Shown piece by piece: positions 61,066 to 64,000 of a stretch of 64,000 bases of DNA. The DNA comes from a virus. The stretch lies in the IMG/VR virus record IMGVR_UViG_3300017971_000020; one strand, given 5' to 3'. Under the pieces are notes generated by a model, which saw nothing but the letters and a program-made list of their open reading frames with translations, made no database searches and was not told where the DNA came from. Positions within the stretch are counted from its first letter, which is position 1, and each line of letters starts with the position of its first letter. The position numbers and the translations under genes were made by a program.

Positions 61066-62688
61066 ATGGCTGTCGTAGCAAAAGTAAACATGAAAAACCC
61101 CGGTGGCTGGAGTCGCCATGTGGGGGAGAACCTATTATTAACTGTTTCGGGATCATCGCTTGCCGCTAAGGAAATAGCTAATGTGGTGGCCTATACCTTC
61201 GGGCAGGAAGCGATATTCGGGTTCCGTCCCGTAAAGTCCAGCCAGGAGCAAAGCAATCACGTTTTGTTTGTCCGTTTGGGGCATATCCTAAGCAACCGTG
61301 AGATGCAGAAGATAGCGAATCAGCCCGGGGTCACCGACTTCTTGACTACGGGGAAGAAGGAGTATGCCTTTATCAAATCTGATTCAAATCAGACAATAGA
61401 CCGGTTTAAGCTGGATATAGCGCGGGCTTTACAGAAGTCAATCACCGGGGGAATCAAGGAGATAAAGCGGATAGCCCTGGTACCAACGGAGGACTATTAC
61501 ACAGAAAAGCCATTACAGTCTGTTCGTAGGAATAAGCGATCGCATGCTGGGATTAGGCTGGCCCGGCGGCGCCTACACCAGCGGATCGCCCAGGCTGTCC
61601 GTGAAGGGGCTGTGTCCGGCCCTGTGGAGTTTCAGAAGGGATATAGGCTATCTGATATCATTCAACCTATCGTGGCCGTACGGGATCTAATAGAAGGCGG
61701 TATAGACACCGAAGCGGACGTTTTAAAGGTAGGGGCTATCTTTAGAAAAGAAGTCCTTCGTCCCCAGCGTAGGATATCCCGGCAATTGTACGAGGTAGAA
61801 AAGAAGCGAAGGGCACTGTTACGGCAAAAAGAATCGCTAACAAAAGAAGCTGGGCGCCTTGAGAAGGCAATAGGGATCGGTCCCTATTTAAACACCGAAG
61901 ATCCCATAGAGGCTCTACGGTCCCAGGAGAAGCGAATTTCTTCTGTGTCGCCGGCGGATTGGAAAGAATACCAAGAACATGTCGAATTAATTGCGCAGGT
62001 CGACAAGTCTATTAACCGGACATGGCGGGTTGAGTCTTCCCTGCGGAAGCAGCAAGCCGAGCAGTTAAGCCGGGATGTAGTTCAGATATCGAAAGAAATT
62101 CGGGACTTCTCGGGGGACGTTGCGGAAACAATAGATATCACTTCCAGCCCTAAGTTGGTCCAGATATTCAAAAGGGTGCGGCGTTATTTCCCGAAGGCAT
62201 GGATTGACGCCGCCGGAGCCTCCAGACTGAAATTAGGCTGGACAAGCGGCGCCGACACCGGGGGGTATTTGGAAAAACTAAGTGCGCGGTTTACAGATGT
62301 TGCGATTCCCATGGGTGAGGAGAAGCCGGAAGCTATGATTCTCCATGCCTATATGCACCACTTGTCCCGCTTCAATCCGCGAATCTTTAAATTAGAAAAG
62401 GCCTTCTATCGACGCAGGACAGGGAAAGAATCACTGAAACGGCTTGGGTACCGGAAGGGCGTTCCCATGGGGACCATGGTTCGCAATGACGATTTCGGGG
62501 ACGGCCCTTCTCCCGGAAGTAGTTCAGCGGATTCCCGCTATTTAGGCCGGGACTACGGGGCCGATATTAGTGAGATTATGGCGCAGGCTATCCCCGGACT
62601 CTATGGCTACAATAGGGTTATGACGGCTAAATTACTGCAAGACAAAGACTTACTTGCATTTGTTTTAGGCTTATTGGTGGCAGTGTAA
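61066..62688 (+). CDS. hypothetical virion-module protein
   Basis: 540-aa ORF starting 1 nt after the previous stop, with a coiled-coil central region. No motif recognised. Confidence 0.55.
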   Translation: MAVVAKVNMKNPGGWSRHVGENLLLTVSGSSLAAKEIANVVAYTFGQEAIFGFRPVKSSQEQSNHVLFVRLGHILSNREMQKIANQPGVTDFLTTGKKEYAFIKSDSNQTIDRFKLDIARALQKSITGGIKEIKRIALVPTEDYYTEKPLQSVRRNKRSHAGIRLARRRLHQRIAQAVREGAVSGPVEFQKGYRLSDIIQPIVAVRDLIEGGIDTEADVLKVGAIFRKEVLRPQRRISRQLYEVEKKRRALLRQKESLTKEAGRLEKAIGIGPYLNTEDPIEALRSQEKRISSVSPADWKEYQEHVELIAQVDKSINRTWRVESSLRKQQAEQLSRDVVQISKEIRDFSGDVAETIDITSSPKLVQIFKRVRRYFPKAWIDAAGASRLKLGWTSGADTGGYLEKLSARFTDVAIPMGEEKPEAMILHAYMHHLSRFNPRIFKLEKAFYRRRTGKESLKRLGYRKGVPMGTMVRNDDFGDGPSPGSSSADSRYLGRDYGADISEIMAQAIPGLYGYNRVMTAKLLQDKDLLAFVLGLLVAV

Positions 62689-62981
62689 TGACGTTTGTTT
62701 TTTACGAATCTCGAACGCTTCAACCGTTAATAGCGTGGGTTGATGGGCGGCTAATTGGTAGACAAGACCGCGTGCGAGCGATCCTTGGCAGGTCAAAAGT
62801 TCTGCAGGGGAAGCACTTCGGAATTAAACCTCTTGGCCCTGGATCGCCGACGGAGCATATTAAAGACCCCTTTGCGGCATATGATTTTATACAGAAATAC
62901 TTTGCAAGTGAGGGGCATACGGTTACAATACGGGGAGATATACCGGTACCTGGAAAGTTGCCGGAAAAGTCTTTTCAGTGA
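62688..62981 (+). CDS. hypothetical protein
   Basis: 97-aa ORF with a TAATG overlap. Confidence 0.5.
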   Translation: MTFVFYESRTLQPLIAWVDGRLIGRQDRVRAILGRSKVLQGKHFGIKPLGPGSPTEHIKDPFAAYDFIQKYFASEGHTVTIRGDIPVPGKLPEKSFQ

Positions 62982-62994
62982 GAGAATAGTATCT

Positions 62995-63180
62995 ATGGCA
63001 AGGCGGCGTAGTAAGAACAGGACCGCGAGTGCTGATCAGGTTACGGCCTTGATCGCGCGCATGTCCGATTCGGATTACGCCCGACACCTTGCAGAAAGAG
63101 ATCAATTCTATTTTACCTTTCGAGGATCAAAGGGCCTAGCGGAGGCGCGCCGCAGGCAGGTCCAGAATGGTGAAATATAA
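62995..63180 (+). CDS. hypothetical small basic protein
   Basis: ATG 62995 (MARRRSKNRT...). The upstream part of track ORF 62755 overlaps the preceding gene and looks out of frame. Confidence 0.4.
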   Translation: MARRRSKNRTASADQVTALIARMSDSDYARHLAERDQFYFTFRGSKGLAEARRRQVQNGEI

Positions 63181-63209
63181 CGATCTTGCTGAGTTAGAAG
63201 TGAAGAGAA

Positions 63210-63539
63210 ATGCTCAAAAGCGCCTTTTTCAAGGCGAATACTACGATAACGAAGATAGAACGCGCTGGCGCCCTAGATCGATATGGGCAGTCTCAGCTAG
63301 AAACTATTTATCGCAATGTGCGTGGGCGGTTAAGCCAAACAACTAGGTTTTCCCGCACAACACAGGGTGATTCCTTCCTCCTCGATGGGTCTTTATCGCT
63401 TGACCGTCGTTTTGTGCTCCAACCAAAGGACAAGATTACGGTAGGTGATAAGACTTGGATCATATTCACTACAAACGAAGTGCAGGATGTGCACGGGAAA
63501 GTTCTATTTAGAACGTACGGGTTGACCAAACAAAAGTGA
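63210..63539 (+). CDS. hypothetical protein (possible head-tail joining protein)
   Basis: 109-aa ORF. Called from position only. Confidence 0.45.
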   Translation: MLKSAFFKANTTITKIERAGALDRYGQSQLETIYRNVRGRLSQTTRFSRTTQGDSFLLDGSLSLDRRFVLQPKDKITVGDKTWIIFTTNEVQDVHGKVLFRTYGLTKQK

Positions 63540-63540
63540 T

Positions 63541-64000
63541 ATGGCGATTTCAATTGAACTTGACATGAAAGAATGGAACGAAGGCATCAAGAAGCTTTCG
63601 AAACAGTTTACCGGTGAGGCTATTACCTTCGAAATGGAGGTAGTTGCCAACCAGGTGCTAAAGAAGGCTATTGATTCCCCCATTCCTTCGGGCTTACGAA
63701 TGCTCGAGTTGTCGGCTACGACAGTTCGTAATAATTCTAAGCTCGAAGTAGCTTTCGGGTTCTCGAAGTCTTATGCCGCCTTCCAAGATCAGCCAGGGAA
63801 GAGTGGATCGATTCAAATTAAGCCACGGGTGAAAAAGGCATTGTATATACCTTTGACACGGGCTGGCGAAAGCCATCGATATGGGCTGAATCCGGTTACG
63901 GCCGAAGGGTTAAAACCCGGCGTTGATTTCATTATTCGGCGCAAGGCCTTAATTAGGATTAAGCCATATGGCTCGGCATTAGGGCCGAATCACTATTTTT
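63541..64000 (+). CDS. hypothetical protein, 5' partial (possibly HK97 gp10-like); runs off the window
   Basis: Hand translation from ATG 63541 (MAISIELDMKEWNEGIKKLSKQFTGE...) is open for 153 codons to the window end. It is absent from the ORF track because no stop is present. Confidence 0.5.
   Translation, partial: MAISIELDMKEWNEGIKKLSKQFTGEAITFEMEVVANQVLKKAIDSPIPSGLRMLELSATTVRNNSKLEVAFGFSKSYAAFQDQPGKSGSIQIKPRVKKALYIPLTRAGESHRYGLNPVTAEGLKPGVDFIIRRKALIRIKPYGSALGPNHYF

Overview
Every credible gene in this 64-kb window lies on the + strand. It reads as a fragment of a tailed-phage (Caudoviricetes) genome from a Gram-negative-type host, judging by lipoprotein, spanin-like and outer-membrane-barrel signals. 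Layout: (1) 1-9.9 kb is a replication/recombination module with a VRR-NUC nuclease, SNF2 helicase, primase-polymerase, an iteron/AT-rich origin-like spacer, a UvrD-like helicase and an MT-A70 methylase. (2) 10-20 kb holds a hairpin/terminator cluster, a sigma70-like promoter with a palindromic operator, two tandem ribbon-helix-helix genes, many small accessory ORFs, a second DNA methylase, an outer-membrane barrel gene interrupted by an in-frame TGA, and a spanin/holin-like pair. (3) 20-27 kb is the packaging/head module: TerS-like protein, TerL, portal, scaffold and a P22-type coat protein. (4) 27.2-51.9 kb is an unusual, tightly coupled block of about 35 soluble sugar-activation, nonulosonic-acid, sulfotransferase, glycosyltransferase, Maf/DUF115-like and methyltransferase genes. 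(5) 52.5-58.9 kb is one 2138-aa ORF, about 30% of which is [ST]TASSS[YFL]S octapeptide repeats separating beta-helix, propeller-like, beta-sandwich and metallophosphoesterase domains. (6) 58.9-64 kb carries head-completion genes, including a Mu-F/SPP1 gp7-like protein. The main finding is parts 4 and 5 together: an apparent phage-encoded cytoplasmic O-glycosylation, sulfation and methylation system with its own mucin-like (serine-rich-repeat) substrate, inserted inside the head-morphogenesis module. I recognised no rRNA, tRNA, CRISPR array, integrase or transposase. All functional calls come from motif recognition by eye. No database search was run.
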